Source: Candidatus Bathyarchaeia archaeon
Lineage (GTDB): Archaea; Thermoproteota; Bathyarchaeia; 40CM-2-53-6
Length of the DNA: 64,000 nt
NCBI GenBank assembly: GCA_050013255.1
Contig: JBEKFP010000002.1
Coordinates: forward strand, 224,001 to 288,000
Reading direction: 5' to 3'
Part shown: one piece after another, positions 38,160-51,748 of the stretch
Layout of the letters: each line of letters opens with the position of its first letter
How positions within the stretch are numbered: the first letter of the stretch is position 1
Translations under genes and position numbers: made by a program
The notes under the pieces: generated by a model
The model's database searches: none
What the model saw: the letters and a program-made list of their open reading frames with translations, nothing else
What the model was told of the DNA's origin: nothing

Positions 38160-39458
38160 ATGAGCAAGAATTCTCCGAGAATCAGCTGGCAGGGGATAAG
38201 GGGCTACTTCACGCTCGATCTGAGCCTACGAAGCCTATATGATAAACTATTCTTGCTGCTCTTCGTTATCGACGTGATTCTGCGAGCCATATGGCTTGAC
38301 AAGCCAACGGGGTCCCTAATCTTCGATGAGTGGTATTACGTTAATGTTGCACGAGTCATCCTCAGGCTTCCCCAAAGCCTAGGAGCAAATTCGCAACCAC
38401 CATATGTCAATGTTCCTCCCGGCCTGGACCCGAACCATGAACATCCACCCCTGGCCAAACTGCTAATCGCATTCTCAATGTACTTGTTGGGGGACAATGG
38501 TTTCGGCTGGCGCATACCGAGTGTAATATTTGGTTCAATTGCGGTCCTCGTTTTCTACTTACTAATGAAGAAGCTTGCGACCTTCAAGATGGTTCCACTG
38601 GTCGCGACCTTCCTATTTTCCTTCGATAATATGATCTTCATTCAGAGCCGGATTGCAATCCTCGACATCTTCGCCTTGACATTCATGCTCCTGGGGCTCT
38701 ACTGGTACTTCTCGGGCCATTCCTACCTTAGCGCGATCGGTATGTCACTCAGTGCCTTAACTAAGATTACTGGCGTAGCAGGACTGCTCATAATTGTGAT
38801 TCTGCATGCCGTAAGATTCGCGACGGGCCGTACGAAGGGAAAGACGTGGAGCGACTTCTTTTCGTGGTTCGAAAAGTACTTTGCAGTTTTTCTAGTCTCG
38901 TTTCTAGTATTGCTCACAATAATGGACCGGTTGTGGGTGGGTTATTCCAACCCCATTGAACACATCCAATTTATTCTCAGTTACTCGACAAACCTTGTAT
39001 CCCAATGCCCCAACGGAATCATAAGTTGTCCATGGCAGTGGCTCCTGAATCAAATTCAGATTCCTTACCTCATAGTGAACGTCCAAGTTTCCTCAGCTAG
39101 CGGCACATCGAGTTACAAGGCCGTTTCATTCTTGGGTGCGATGAATCCTGCCATTCTATACCTGACCATACCTGCGATGCTGTATGCCACTTACAGTTAT
39201 TACCAGAAGAGGAGCGACCTAACTCTGCTTTCGATCGTCTGGTTCGCGGTCACATACTTGCCTTACTACCCCGCCGCCATAATCGATCAACGGGTGACCT
39301 ACCTCTTCTACTTCCTTGCTGCTGTACCGGCAATCTGCGCCGCCGTCGCCCACATGATTTTGGACCAAAACCCGCCGAAACTAGTTGTCGTCTTCTATCT
39401 CGGGGTAGTTCTGCTTGCTTTCTTCTTTATGTTCCCATTTAAGGTCATACCAACCTAA
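38160..39458 (+). CDS. PMT/GT39-like lipid-carrier-dependent glycosyltransferase
   Basis: IFDEWYY, EHPPLAK, GWR.PS, SRIAILD, S.PWQW motifs; many TMs. Confidence 0.82.
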   Translation: MSKNSPRISWQGIRGYFTLDLSLRSLYDKLFLLLFVIDVILRAIWLDKPTGSLIFDEWYYVNVARVILRLPQSLGANSQPPYVNVPPGLDPNHEHPPLAKLLIAFSMYLLGDNGFGWRIPSVIFGSIAVLVFYLLMKKLATFKMVPLVATFLFSFDNMIFIQSRIAILDIFALTFMLLGLYWYFSGHSYLSAIGMSLSALTKITGVAGLLIIVILHAVRFATGRTKGKTWSDFFSWFEKYFAVFLVSFLVLLTIMDRLWVGYSNPIEHIQFILSYSTNLVSQCPNGIISCPWQWLLNQIQIPYLIVNVQVSSASGTSSYKAVSFLGAMNPAILYLTIPAMLYATYSYYQKRSDLTLLSIVWFAVTYLPYYPAAIIDQRVTYLFYFLAAVPAICAAVAHMILDQNPPKLVVVFYLGVVLLAFFFMFPFKVIPT

Positions 39459-39596
39459 AATCTAAAGGGGTCCTCGACGGGACTCCCCTGACCGAAATCA
39501 ACAAATACGAAGCTTGAAGCTTAGACCTACTTACACAAGGATTCCAACAGATAGCACTGCACAGGGAACTTTGGATAACTAGGAGGTGACTAACGC

Positions 39597-39932
39597 ATGG
39601 CACAAGAGAAGGCAGCTCCATCCCCCCCAAGGGAACAGCCAAGGGCTCGAGAGCCGATTCCACCGGACACGATCCTGATTGGAAAGAAACCCATAATGGC
39701 CTACGCAACCGCGGTCATGATGCACTTTCAGGCAGGCGCTCAAACTTTGACCGTTAAGGCCAGAGGGCGGGCAATCAGCACAGCGGTCGACGTCGTCGAA
39801 GTTGTACGCCGCAGATTCTTTGCAGGAAAACTTGCAGTCCAAGAGATAAGCATCGGAACTCAAGCGCTCGGAGAAGGTAGCGACATCAGAAACGTTTCAA
39901 CGATTGAAATCAAAGTGAAGAAGACAGGATGA
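39597..39932 (+). CDS. albA: DNA/RNA-binding protein Alba
   Basis: IGKKP.M.Y, VKARGRAISTAVDV.E, RNVSTIEI. Confidence 0.95.
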   Translation: MAQEKAAPSPPREQPRAREPIPPDTILIGKKPIMAYATAVMMHFQAGAQTLTVKARGRAISTAVDVVEVVRRRFFAGKLAVQEISIGTQALGEGSDIRNVSTIEIKVKKTG

Positions 39933-40271
39933 CATGGGTCGCCAAATCGGAGCTTACATACTGAAGTGAAAATCCCAATTTCTTTTGCGGTTTTCGGTTT
40001 ACTATCGAATTCGTAAGGTAATTTGTTGAATACCAAACGAAATCGGTGGAATCAACAGAGGCAGCTTGCGATGTTCTCTGTTATCGCAGATTGATTAGAA
40101 CGCGCTTCTGTGCAACATCAGAATAGTGCGCACTCTTAGTTCCTGAACGATGATTATGAGAAACCTGTTTCGGTGACTCACCAATTCTTGACAGTTTTCT
40201 TGCATGAAATTTGAATAGCATTCGTTCGTGTACGCAGAACAAACACGAAGAATTGTTGTAAGCACAAATCG

Positions 40272-40943
40272 GTGAATGTTAGAATGAATCAAGGTTTTCT
40301 CAAGGACTGGGATAGGGACGAAAGAGAGCCTGTTTTTTCAAGAGTTGGTGACCGTTTCCATCATAAACCCGCTGTCAAGGAGCAAATCAGTTCGGCGCTC
40401 TACAGGCTGAATGTTCAGAAGAATAAGCTCGAAACAGCCGCCTCCCGCATGCAACAGCACGACAAGGACATTTTCGCCAAATGCATCAATTCGCAGATGG
40501 CACACGACAACGCTCGAGCGATGATGTATGCGAACGAGTGCGCAGAAGTGCGCAAGATGGCCAAGGTAACGGTGCAGTGCCAGATGGCGTTAGAGCAAGT
40601 CTACTTACGCCTCCAGACGATCGAAGAGTTTGGCGACGTTGCAAAAATGATGGCTCCCGTAGCGAGCGTGGTCCACTCAATAAAGAGCCAGATATCAGGA
40701 GTGATGCCTGAAGTAGGTTTTGAACTCGGCCAAATAGGCGAGGTTCTAAGCGGCGTGGTTGATGAGGCAGGCGAGGTCACTGGATCAAATTACGATGTGA
40801 ACGCGTCTAGTGAGGAGGCTCAAAGAATACTCGGCGAGGCTAATACCATCTCAGAGCAGCACATGAAGAACATATTTCCAGATCTACCGAGCAACGGATC
40901 CGTGTCGCGCCAGAAAGTTGGCGAAGCCGGAATTTCTCACTAG
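40272..40943 (+). CDS. ESCRT-III/CdvB paralogue (Snf7 family)
   Basis: A..YANECAE.RKM, LE...LRL.T..EFG, MPEV..EL, FPDLP. Confidence 0.88.
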   Translation: MNVRMNQGFLKDWDRDEREPVFSRVGDRFHHKPAVKEQISSALYRLNVQKNKLETAASRMQQHDKDIFAKCINSQMAHDNARAMMYANECAEVRKMAKVTVQCQMALEQVYLRLQTIEEFGDVAKMMAPVASVVHSIKSQISGVMPEVGFELGQIGEVLSGVVDEAGEVTGSNYDVNASSEEAQRILGEANTISEQHMKNIFPDLPSNGSVSRQKVGEAGISH

Positions 40944-40957
40944 AGGATTAATTCGCC

Positions 40958-41641
40958 ATGACCCTCACCGTAGAACAAATTGGAAAGTACCTAGGGCAGG
41001 CGTTTGAGGATCCGATGGGACGGCCCTCAGGCAAGCTAGTAGGTCTTACGGCGGATATCAAAGATGAAGTACAAGCCGTCCAAGTAGCATTGAGTAGTGG
41101 GGAAGTTACAGAATATTCAATCAATTCGGTCAGAGTCATCAACGGACACCCAATCATACTAGAGGCATGGCGCATCGAGGCCGAGGATCTGAAAAAGGAA
41201 CACGACATCATCAAGAGAAGAAGGCAAGCGCTCGACCTGCTCCTAAAGGACGGAGACATTGACCAAACCGAGTACAATCAGCTGCGAAATAGCTACGAGG
41301 ACATAAACAAAGAGATCATTGGAAAACGCGAAAAGGTAGTCGAGACCCTAAAGGAAGAGATAGCAAAGCTTGAACAACAAATCAAAGACCTTCAAACAGC
41401 CTTAACGAACAACAAGATGTTGTACACAGCTGCTGAAATCGACGAGAGCACTTACCACTCAGTAACCGAATCTATTCGAGCGGGACTCGAAATTGCCCGA
41501 AAAGAACGAAAAGACCTTGACAACACGAGGGAGTCATTGCAGACAATCGATGGCTTAGAAGCCTCAATTACGACCACGGAAGCCTCGGCCCCGACAAAAA
41601 TTCCTGATGTAGTAGTAATCAAGATGCGAGAATCAACCTAA
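40958..41641 (+). CDS. cdvA: Cell division protein CdvA
   Basis: YLG...ED.MGR..GK.VG PRC-barrel start, W..EA, coiled coil, C-terminal VVVIK strand. Confidence 0.85.
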   Translation: MTLTVEQIGKYLGQAFEDPMGRPSGKLVGLTADIKDEVQAVQVALSSGEVTEYSINSVRVINGHPIILEAWRIEAEDLKKEHDIIKRRRQALDLLLKDGDIDQTEYNQLRNSYEDINKEIIGKREKVVETLKEEIAKLEQQIKDLQTALTNNKMLYTAAEIDESTYHSVTESIRAGLEIARKERKDLDNTRESLQTIDGLEASITTTEASAPTKIPDVVVIKMREST

Positions 41642-41653
41642 CCACGATAGGAT

Positions 41654-42436
41654 GTGGTTACCTTCTCCATCTTTAGGAAAGTTGAGGACAAGCTTCACCC
41701 CGTGCCACTAAAGGAACGCATTGAGCACGCATCTTTCAGACTCCGTGCGCAACTTGAAAAACTGGAGCACATGTACGCTCGTCTTCACCAACGTGACACT
41801 GACCTCTTTCAACGCTGCGTAGGCGCACAGGTCTCGAACGACCTGGGACATGCGAGGATCTACGCCAACGAATGCGCCGAAATAAGAAAAATCGCTCAAG
41901 TCGTCTTGGGCAGTCAACTTGCCCTGGAAAAGGTAATCCTCAGGCTCGAAACCGTCGAAGAATTCGGTACGATCATGTCGCAGATCGCCCCTGTCATGGG
42001 CATAGTTAAGGAAACAAAATCGAAAATTGCTGGCATCGTTCCCCAAGTCGCTAGCGAACTTGAAGAAGTCAACAACATGTTGGGGGACCTAACCTACGAA
42101 ACCGGCGAAGTCACGGCAAACACCCTCCCCATAGAAACAACGGACGGAGAGGCAAGAAAAGTGCTCGAGGAGACTGGGCTGATCGCAGAACAGAAGTTGC
42201 ATGAACACTTCCCAGACCTTCCAACCTTAGAAACCACTCAAGTTGCAGTCCCCGAACCCGCAATCTCAATCCCGGACATGGAGGCGGACATCGACGAGCA
42301 AGTCTACGAGTACGCAAGAAAACATGATGGCGAGATGAGTGTGGAGTCATGCGCGCAAGAGCTCCACGCCTCACCGGTCCAAGTGAAAACCGCCATTCAT
42401 AGACTACGGGAAAACGGAAAGGTCGTAATCGAATAA
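41654..42436 (+). CDS. cdvB: CdvB (ESCRT-III) with C-terminal winged helix
   Basis: Snf7 core, FPDLP, wH tail VYEY.RKHDG..SV..CA.EL. Confidence 0.88.
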   Translation: MVTFSIFRKVEDKLHPVPLKERIEHASFRLRAQLEKLEHMYARLHQRDTDLFQRCVGAQVSNDLGHARIYANECAEIRKIAQVVLGSQLALEKVILRLETVEEFGTIMSQIAPVMGIVKETKSKIAGIVPQVASELEEVNNMLGDLTYETGEVTANTLPIETTDGEARKVLEETGLIAEQKLHEHFPDLPTLETTQVAVPEPAISIPDMEADIDEQVYEYARKHDGEMSVESCAQELHASPVQVKTAIHRLRENGKVVIE

Positions 42437-42458
42437 TCAGGACTAGTGTGAGTGATTA

Positions 42459-43598
42459 TTGATGCAGCTTTCGGGTTCTGAACAACTCGAACAGATGGCA
42501 GCGAGATTCGCAAATGAAGCCGTTCAGTTTGATAAGCAAGGCGCAAAATCGAACGCAATCTCAAGGTACGAACGGACAGCTGAGATACTTCTGAAGCTCT
42601 GCACTCTCTACCCCGAAGCCCCCCAAACCCGCCTCTACATGCAACAGGTGGAAAATTGCAAACGCAGGGTTAAGGAGCTCAAGGATGAGAATGGGCACTT
42701 AGATGAGCGCCCTAGCCTAGCACAATCTACTAAGCTTCAGCAGCTCGTATTGGCAGAGAAACCAAACATCAAGTGGGGCGAGATAGCTAACCTCCACGAC
42801 GCCAAGAAAGCTATCGAAGAATCCATAGTCTTTCCAGTGAAGCGCCCAGACCTTTTCCCATTAGGTTGGCCCAGAGGAATATTGTTTTTCGGCCCACCGG
42901 GCTGCGGGAAAACTCTTCTTGCCGCCGCAATTGCGACCGAAATTGATGCAGTATTCTACAGCGTTGATGCCGCTTCGATCATGTCGAAGTGGCTTGGTGA
43001 ATCTGAAAAGAATGTTGCTGAACTCTTTGGTTCGGCTCACAAAGCATCTAAAGAAGGCCACCCCGTCATAATTTTCGTTGATGAAGTGGACTCGCTGGTT
43101 GGAATTCGTGGAGACGAAGTAGGTGGCGAGGTAAGAACCCGCAACCAATTTCTCAAGGAAATGGACAACATCTTGGATAAGAAACGCCAAAGCCATGTTT
43201 ACGTCATTGGAGCGACCAACAAGCCTTGGGCAATAGATGAGCCATTCATCCGTAGGTTCCAGAAGAGAATCTATGTTCCACTCCCGAACTCTGAATCTAG
43301 ACGAGAATTGTTCGGCATTTACGCGAAGGATCTTCGGCTGGACCATGACATAGACCGAGAGGTCCTAATTCAGAAGACGGAAGGCTACTCTGGGAGCGAT
43401 TTTCGGGACATATTCCAAGGGGCCCAAACGAGGGTTGTGCGTGAATTATTCGAGGGCAACACGCTGAAGGCTCAAGGTCAAGCGCGACCCATCACGATGG
43501 ATGATTTCAGAGAGATTTTGAGAAAACGGAAACCAAGCGTTTCACTCCAAATGTTGGGCCTTTACGATAAGTGGTTCGAAACATACAAAGCACTTTGA
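42459..43598 (+). CDS. cdvC: Vps4-like AAA+ ATPase CdvC
   Basis: N-terminal MIT domain, GPPGCGKT, FVDEVD, ATNKPW, RRFQKRIY. Confidence 0.93.
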   Translation: MMQLSGSEQLEQMAARFANEAVQFDKQGAKSNAISRYERTAEILLKLCTLYPEAPQTRLYMQQVENCKRRVKELKDENGHLDERPSLAQSTKLQQLVLAEKPNIKWGEIANLHDAKKAIEESIVFPVKRPDLFPLGWPRGILFFGPPGCGKTLLAAAIATEIDAVFYSVDAASIMSKWLGESEKNVAELFGSAHKASKEGHPVIIFVDEVDSLVGIRGDEVGGEVRTRNQFLKEMDNILDKKRQSHVYVIGATNKPWAIDEPFIRRFQKRIYVPLPNSESRRELFGIYAKDLRLDHDIDREVLIQKTEGYSGSDFRDIFQGAQTRVVRELFEGNTLKAQGQARPITMDDFREILRKRKPSVSLQMLGLYDKWFETYKAL

Positions 43599-43610
43599 GG
43601 TAAGAATGAA

Positions 43611-44129
43611 ATGATTGATGCAGTAGACTACAAGATCCTGGCGGAACTTGTCGAAAACGCGAAGTACTCCTTTGCAGAGATCGGGCGCAAACTGAGTCTT
43701 CATCCAAATGTCGTCGCCTACCGTGTAAACAAGTTGGAGAAGAACGGAGTAATCAAGGACTATACAGCAGACCTAGATCTGGAGAAACTTGGAGTAGCGG
43801 AACAAATCTTAGTTGGCGCCAGCTTCCCGAGAGACACCGAAAGGGATTCAATTATTGAGAAAATTGCGGCAATCCCCCAAACGGTGAAAGTGGTGAGCTC
43901 ACTGGGCGAACCTGAAGGGCTTGTTTTCTTGGTGGGTAAGAACAAGTCGGAAATCGAGAAGTTGATGACGAAACTGAGATCCCTCAATGTCAAGATCGAA
44001 TACACCGGATCAATAATCCGAACTCTTGAAGAAGGCAGGCTCGGCAATTTCCTGAAGATCTTGGCCAACGAACGCGAAACAGCAGCGAACCAAAGCGACG
44101 GGAATGGAACACTCACAAAGGGGGGATAG
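43611..44129 (+). CDS. Lrp/AsnC family transcriptional regulator
   Basis: D.VDYKIL.EL..NA..SF.EIGRKL......V..RV.KLE..GVI..Y. Confidence 0.85.
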   Translation: MIDAVDYKILAELVENAKYSFAEIGRKLSLHPNVVAYRVNKLEKNGVIKDYTADLDLEKLGVAEQILVGASFPRDTERDSIIEKIAAIPQTVKVVSSLGEPEGLVFLVGKNKSEIEKLMTKLRSLNVKIEYTGSIIRTLEEGRLGNFLKILANERETAANQSDGNGTLTKGG

Positions 44130-44134
44130 ATAGT

Positions 44135-44740
44135 ATGTTCAAAGAAAGAACTCCGTGGAGTAAGAAGCTCAAGGAAGCAATTCACCCAACTCCAATGAAG
44201 CAGCGCATCAGCGAATGCCTATTCAAACTAAAGATCCAGCAACGAAAACTCGAGAGAACCTCATACCATATGCAGGAACGCGACCAAGCACTCTATGGGA
44301 AATGCGTTTTGGCAGTTCAGGGGAAGAACACTGAACTCGCGTCAATCTACGCCAACGAATGCGCCGAACTCAGAAAGATGGCGAAAGTCATCTTACACAG
44401 TGAACTAGCACTTGAACAAGTTACATTAAGATTGGAAGCAGTGAACGAATTCGGCCAACTAGCCGCCACAATGATGCCGATTGCAGGCGTTGTAAGAACA
44501 CTGAAGTCGCAACTGGAAGGCGTGATGCCTGAGGTCTCATTAGAACTCTCCAGCGTAAACGAGACACTTGAAGAACTGAGCATGGAAGTTGGAGAAACTA
44601 GTGAGAACACTTTCGATATTTCGTCATCCAGTGGAGAGTCGCAGAAAATCCTTCAGGAAGCCAACCTCGTAGCCGAACAGAAGATGAAGGAGCGCTTCCC
44701 AGAGCTGCCACCCATTCCAACCAGTGAAGCTCGGATGTAA
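44135..44740 (+). CDS. ESCRT-III/CdvB paralogue (third copy)
   Basis: YANECAELRKM, LEQV.LRLE...EFG, MPEVS.EL, FPELP. Confidence 0.88.
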   Translation: MFKERTPWSKKLKEAIHPTPMKQRISECLFKLKIQQRKLERTSYHMQERDQALYGKCVLAVQGKNTELASIYANECAELRKMAKVILHSELALEQVTLRLEAVNEFGQLAATMMPIAGVVRTLKSQLEGVMPEVSLELSSVNETLEELSMEVGETSENTFDISSSSGESQKILQEANLVAEQKMKERFPELPPIPTSEARM

Positions 44741-44835
44741 CCGGGCTTCGTCCCCTTCCTTTTTCAATCCCCTCTCCTCTTATCTGCACCATAACGAGGT
44801 GCAGTTGAACGGTCGTCATTAACAAGCTTCTGACA

Positions 44836-45225
44836 TTGAGGTCGTCTGAAAGAAGGCAACTCATCGATATCACGCCTCAAGTGATGAATTTCGTTGAAGA
44901 AGCTGGAATAAAGAATGGAACGTGCATCATCAGTGTACCTCATGCAACTGCCGCTATAGTCGCAAACGAACATGAAAGCGGCCTTATGCAGGACATGCTT
45001 GCCAAGGTCGAGGATGTGTTCCCAAGGTCTTGGAGCTATGGCCACAACGCTATCGACGATAATGCCGACGCCCACTTGGCTGCGGCATTTCTCGGGCATT
45101 CTCGAATGTTCCCAATCGTAGATGGCCGACTCATTAGGGGGACTTGGCAGAACGTCTTTGTGGTCGAACTCGATGGCCCGCGCACGAGACGTGAAGTATG
45201 GTTGCAAATCATAGGCGAGAGTTAA
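44836..45225 (+). CDS. YjbQ/UPF0047 family protein
   Basis: PHATAAI..NE, H...DDNADAH, GTWQ.VF..ELDGPR. Confidence 0.9.
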   Translation: MRSSERRQLIDITPQVMNFVEEAGIKNGTCIISVPHATAAIVANEHESGLMQDMLAKVEDVFPRSWSYGHNAIDDNADAHLAAAFLGHSRMFPIVDGRLIRGTWQNVFVVELDGPRTRREVWLQIIGES

Positions 45226-45320
45226 TGGCGCATATGGGGGCCTTGTATGTCGTACTCGACTCAAACGAAACCCTCGAATACATGAGGGTGAAGTTTTAGG
45301 CCTCGTAAAGCCTAATAGCG

Positions 45321-48129
<2,809 letters not shown>

Positions 48130-48136
48130 AACAGCC

Positions 48137-49558
48137 CTACTTTTTCTTTTCCTTTCCGTGGACTCCGGGCGTCGTCATCGCGAAGGGGTCCAATATTTCA
48201 TCGAGTTGATGAGCTGAAAGTAAGCCCTTTTCCAACACCACCTCGCGCAATGGGACCCCACGCGCCAGTGCTTCCTTTGCAACTTCAGCTGCTTTCTCAT
48301 AGCCAATGAACGGGTTGAGGGCTAACGCGACCCCCGCGCTTTTCTCAAGCAAAGCTGTACACCTTTCCTCATTCGCTTTAATACCCTTCACGAGCCGCTC
48401 ATTGAATACGCGTACGGCATTCGTTAGGATCATGAGTGACTGTGTTAGGTCGTATGCGATTACGGGCATCATCACGTCCAGTTCTAGCTGGCTCGCTTGG
48501 GCGGCCATCATAATGGTTACGTCTTTCCCAATGACTTCGAAGCAAACCATGTTTAGCATTTCAGCAATACTTGGGTTTATCTTACCTGGCATTATCGAGG
48601 ATCCAGGCTGTACAGCTGGTAGGACTATTTCTCCAATTCCGGTGGCTGGCCCAGAACTCATCAGGCGCAGATCATTAGCGACCTTCGTCAGATCAACGCT
48701 CAATGTGCGGAGGGCAGCCGAGAACGTTACGAAATCGGCCATAGATTGCATCAACGACGCATAGTTGCGTGCAACTCGGAACTTGAAACCCGTGTATTTG
48801 GATAGGTTCTCCACCGCAAGTTTCACGTACCTCGGGTCCGCGTTCAAGCCGGTACCAACGGCCGTCCCCCCCAAGTTGAGTTCCAGCAACTTGTCCCCAG
48901 CATGTTCTACGGTTTGGAGGTCATCTTCCGTAATTTTCGCCCAAGCTGCAAACTCTTGGCCTAGGCGAATTGCACCTGCGTCCTGCAAATGTGTACGGCC
49001 GGATTTCACTATGTGATCGAATTCCTTCGCCTTCTCATCAAAGCCCTGCTTCAGGGAGGCAAGGGCTTCAATGAGTGGCTTAGCCATCAATACGCTCGCT
49101 ACGCGAATGAAAGTTGGATAGGTGTCGTTAGTGGATTGGCCCATGTTAACGTGGTCGTGGGGGCTTACGAGCTTGTAGTCGCCCTTTCGGCCGCCAAGTA
49201 TTTCGATGGCTCTGTTCGCCAGGACTTCGTTCGCGTTCATGTTGTGGGAAGTCCCTGCACCAGCTTGAAAAACATCTACGACAAAATTGTCTTGAAGAGC
49301 ACCGTTAAGGATTTCATCAGCTGCGGAAACAATTGCCTGCCCCACTCTCTTATCCAAAAAACCCAGTGAGAGATTCGCATCGGCCGCAGCTTTCTTGACT
49401 AGAACCGTTGCCTTAATGAATTCTGGCAGCGGCCTTATACCACTGATTGGGAAGTTCTCAACAGCCCTTGCAGTCTCCGGGCCGTAGTAAGCTTGCAACG
49501 GCACCCGTACAGACCCAAGCGAGTCTCTCTCGACCCTCGCATCATCATTTCTCGACAT
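48137..49558 (-). CDS. Aspartate ammonia-lyase / class II fumarase
   Basis: GAGTS.NMN.NEV, QSTND, GRTHLQDA, GSSIMPGKINP signature. Confidence 0.88.
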   Translation of the reverse strand: MSRNDDARVERDSLGSVRVPLQAYYGPETARAVENFPISGIRPLPEFIKATVLVKKAAADANLSLGFLDKRVGQAIVSAADEILNGALQDNFVVDVFQAGAGTSHNMNANEVLANRAIEILGGRKGDYKLVSPHDHVNMGQSTNDTYPTFIRVASVLMAKPLIEALASLKQGFDEKAKEFDHIVKSGRTHLQDAGAIRLGQEFAAWAKITEDDLQTVEHAGDKLLELNLGGTAVGTGLNADPRYVKLAVENLSKYTGFKFRVARNYASLMQSMADFVTFSAALRTLSVDLTKVANDLRLMSSGPATGIGEIVLPAVQPGSSIMPGKINPSIAEMLNMVCFEVIGKDVTIMMAAQASQLELDVMMPVIAYDLTQSLMILTNAVRVFNERLVKGIKANEERCTALLEKSAGVALALNPFIGYEKAAEVAKEALARGVPLREVVLEKGLLSAHQLDEILDPFAMTTPGVHGKEKKK

Positions 49559-49874
49559 GAAACGGACGCCAAGCGGACTCTACTGACGCGGCAATAAAGG
49601 CCTTAGGCCCAACATTTGGAATATAGCAAACCAACGGTTCAGGGCCAGTCCAGAAACGCTGACAAGTAGGAATAATAGGCCAAGGTGCAGCTGGGCGAGG
49701 CACTCAAGGCAACGCATCGCAAATTCGAGCAAACACTAAATATGGTAATGCAGCACACCGACTGTCTGTTGAGGCAATGGTACACTTGGAAAGTTCCGGT
49801 GTTTTCCTTCCAGAAGCTTAAACGAACTCCTTCACTAGTCGATATGCGGAATAATTCGCGGGAGCGATTGTGCC

Positions 49875-51320
49875 TTGAGTAAGGAAATTGGCATTACTGT
49901 GAAGAAGGCAGAGGACCTTTCGGAATGGTATACGCAGGTAGTGACCAAGGCTGAACTCGCTGACTATGCCCCCATGAAGGGGTTCATGGTTCTTCGCCCC
50001 TACGGGTACTCGATATGGGAGAAGATCAAAGAGTGGTTGGACCGGAAGCTCAAGGAAGCTGGTCACTCGAACGCTTACTTCCCACTTTTCATTCCGGAGA
50101 GCTACCTCAAGAAAGAGGCAGAGCATTTCAAGGGGTTCACCCCGGAGGTATTCTGGGTAACCGAAGCTGGAGAGAACAAGCTCTCAGAACGGCTCGCGGT
50201 TCGTCCCACATCTGAAACCATCGTCAATGACGCGTATTCAAGGTGGGTTCGAAGCTGGCGAGACCTGCCGCTGTTGATCAACCTCTGGAACTCGGTACTG
50301 AGGTCCGAAATCACCGCGACTCGACCCTTCATCAGGACCTCGGAATATCTGTGGCAGGAAGGCCACACCGTACACGCCACGAAGGAAGATGCCGACAAAG
50401 AGGTAATGATGATACTGGAATTCTATCGTCAACTCGTGGAGGATCAGATGGCGGCCCCGGTACTAACTGGCTACAAAAGCGAGAAAGAGAAATTCGTCGG
50501 GGCCCTCTACACGACAACTCTTGAAGCAATGATGCCGGATGGGAAAGCAATGCAGATGGGAACATCACACAATCTTGGACAGAATTTCTCCAAACCTTTT
50601 CAAATCAAATACCTGGGGCAGGATGAACAGACGCACTTCGCCTGGACAACTTCGTGGGGCGTTTCCTGGCGACTGATTGGCGCTATGATCATGCTTCACA
50701 GCGACGATAAGGGATTGGTCGTCCCGCCTCGAATCGCTCCGATTCAGGCTGTCATCGTTCCGATATACTACAAGACTGAGCGGAGCGAAGCCGTCGCGGA
50801 AAAGGTTCGAACCACCGCCGAGAAGTTATCTAAAGCCGGGCTAGCTGTGCATGTGGACTCCCGTGAGCAATACACCCCTGGGTGGAAGTTCAACGAATGG
50901 GAGCTCAAGGGGGTCCCCCTTCGGGTAGAAATCGGACCGAAAGACGTTGAAAAGAATCAAGTTACATTGGTTCGGCGTGACAACTCACAGAAACTCGCGG
51001 TCAAAGATGACGCCATTGTTGATGAAGTTCAGAGATGCCTGGACGAGATACAGAAGTCTCTGTACTCTAAAGCGAAATCAGCCCTCAACGATTCAATAAG
51101 CCAGGCAACCGACTATGGCCAATTCAAGAAGAACCTAAATGACCGCGGCGGGTTCGTAAGGGCCTGTTGGTGTGGGCGAAGTGAATGCGAGGAGGCCATA
51201 AAGAATGAAACAGGAGCAACTATTCGCACAATCCCTCTCACGGACGAAAAACTATTCTCAAGCTGCATATATTGTGCAAACACTGCGGCGAAGGTAACAT
51301 ACTTCGCCAAATCCTACTAG
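49875..51320 (+). CDS. proS: Proline--tRNA ligase (archaeal/eukaryote type)
   Basis: RPTSET, RPFIRTSE.LWQEGH, GTSHNLGQNF, C-terminal Zn domain, FAKSY end. Confidence 0.95.
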   Translation: MSKEIGITVKKAEDLSEWYTQVVTKAELADYAPMKGFMVLRPYGYSIWEKIKEWLDRKLKEAGHSNAYFPLFIPESYLKKEAEHFKGFTPEVFWVTEAGENKLSERLAVRPTSETIVNDAYSRWVRSWRDLPLLINLWNSVLRSEITATRPFIRTSEYLWQEGHTVHATKEDADKEVMMILEFYRQLVEDQMAAPVLTGYKSEKEKFVGALYTTTLEAMMPDGKAMQMGTSHNLGQNFSKPFQIKYLGQDEQTHFAWTTSWGVSWRLIGAMIMLHSDDKGLVVPPRIAPIQAVIVPIYYKTERSEAVAEKVRTTAEKLSKAGLAVHVDSREQYTPGWKFNEWELKGVPLRVEIGPKDVEKNQVTLVRRDNSQKLAVKDDAIVDEVQRCLDEIQKSLYSKAKSALNDSISQATDYGQFKKNLNDRGGFVRACWCGRSECEEAIKNETGATIRTIPLTDEKLFSSCIYCANTAAKVTYFAKSY

Positions 51321-51395
51321 CCGCTCTAATACGCGCCTAGAGCTCATAACAACGTTTAAGCGCCGCACAAGCGGGTTTACGGTGGCGGATAAGAT

Positions 51396-51671
51396 TTGAC
51401 GAAGAAGAGAAAGTCCCGCGGACGAAGCAAGGGAGGAAAAGGGCGGAGCGAGATGATCCAGTGCAACCACTGCGGTAGGCCAGTTCCAAGAGACAAGGCC
51501 AAACGTGACACTCAATGGATCTCGTTGGTGGACGCGTCGCTTGCACGTGAACTTCGCTCCAAGGGAACGTACATCGCACGTCAGCGCGTGGTCAAGTTCT
51601 ATTGTGTCTCCTGCGCGGTACACTTCGGACTTTCGAAGGTAAGATCTAGGGACGAAAGACACTTTTACTAA
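51396..51671 (+). CDS. rps26e: 30S ribosomal protein S26e
   Basis: KKR..GR.KG, C..CGR.VPRDKA, YCVSCAVH, VRSR..R. Confidence 0.95.
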   Translation: MTKKRKSRGRSKGGKGRSEMIQCNHCGRPVPRDKAKRDTQWISLVDASLARELRSKGTYIARQRVVKFYCVSCAVHFGLSKVRSRDERHFY

Positions 51672-51748
51672 TTCGAGGAAGATGCTAGAATCAGCCGACG
51701 GTTATCCTATAAGGTGCTAGTACCGAAGTCAAGTCTTCAGAATCGAAT

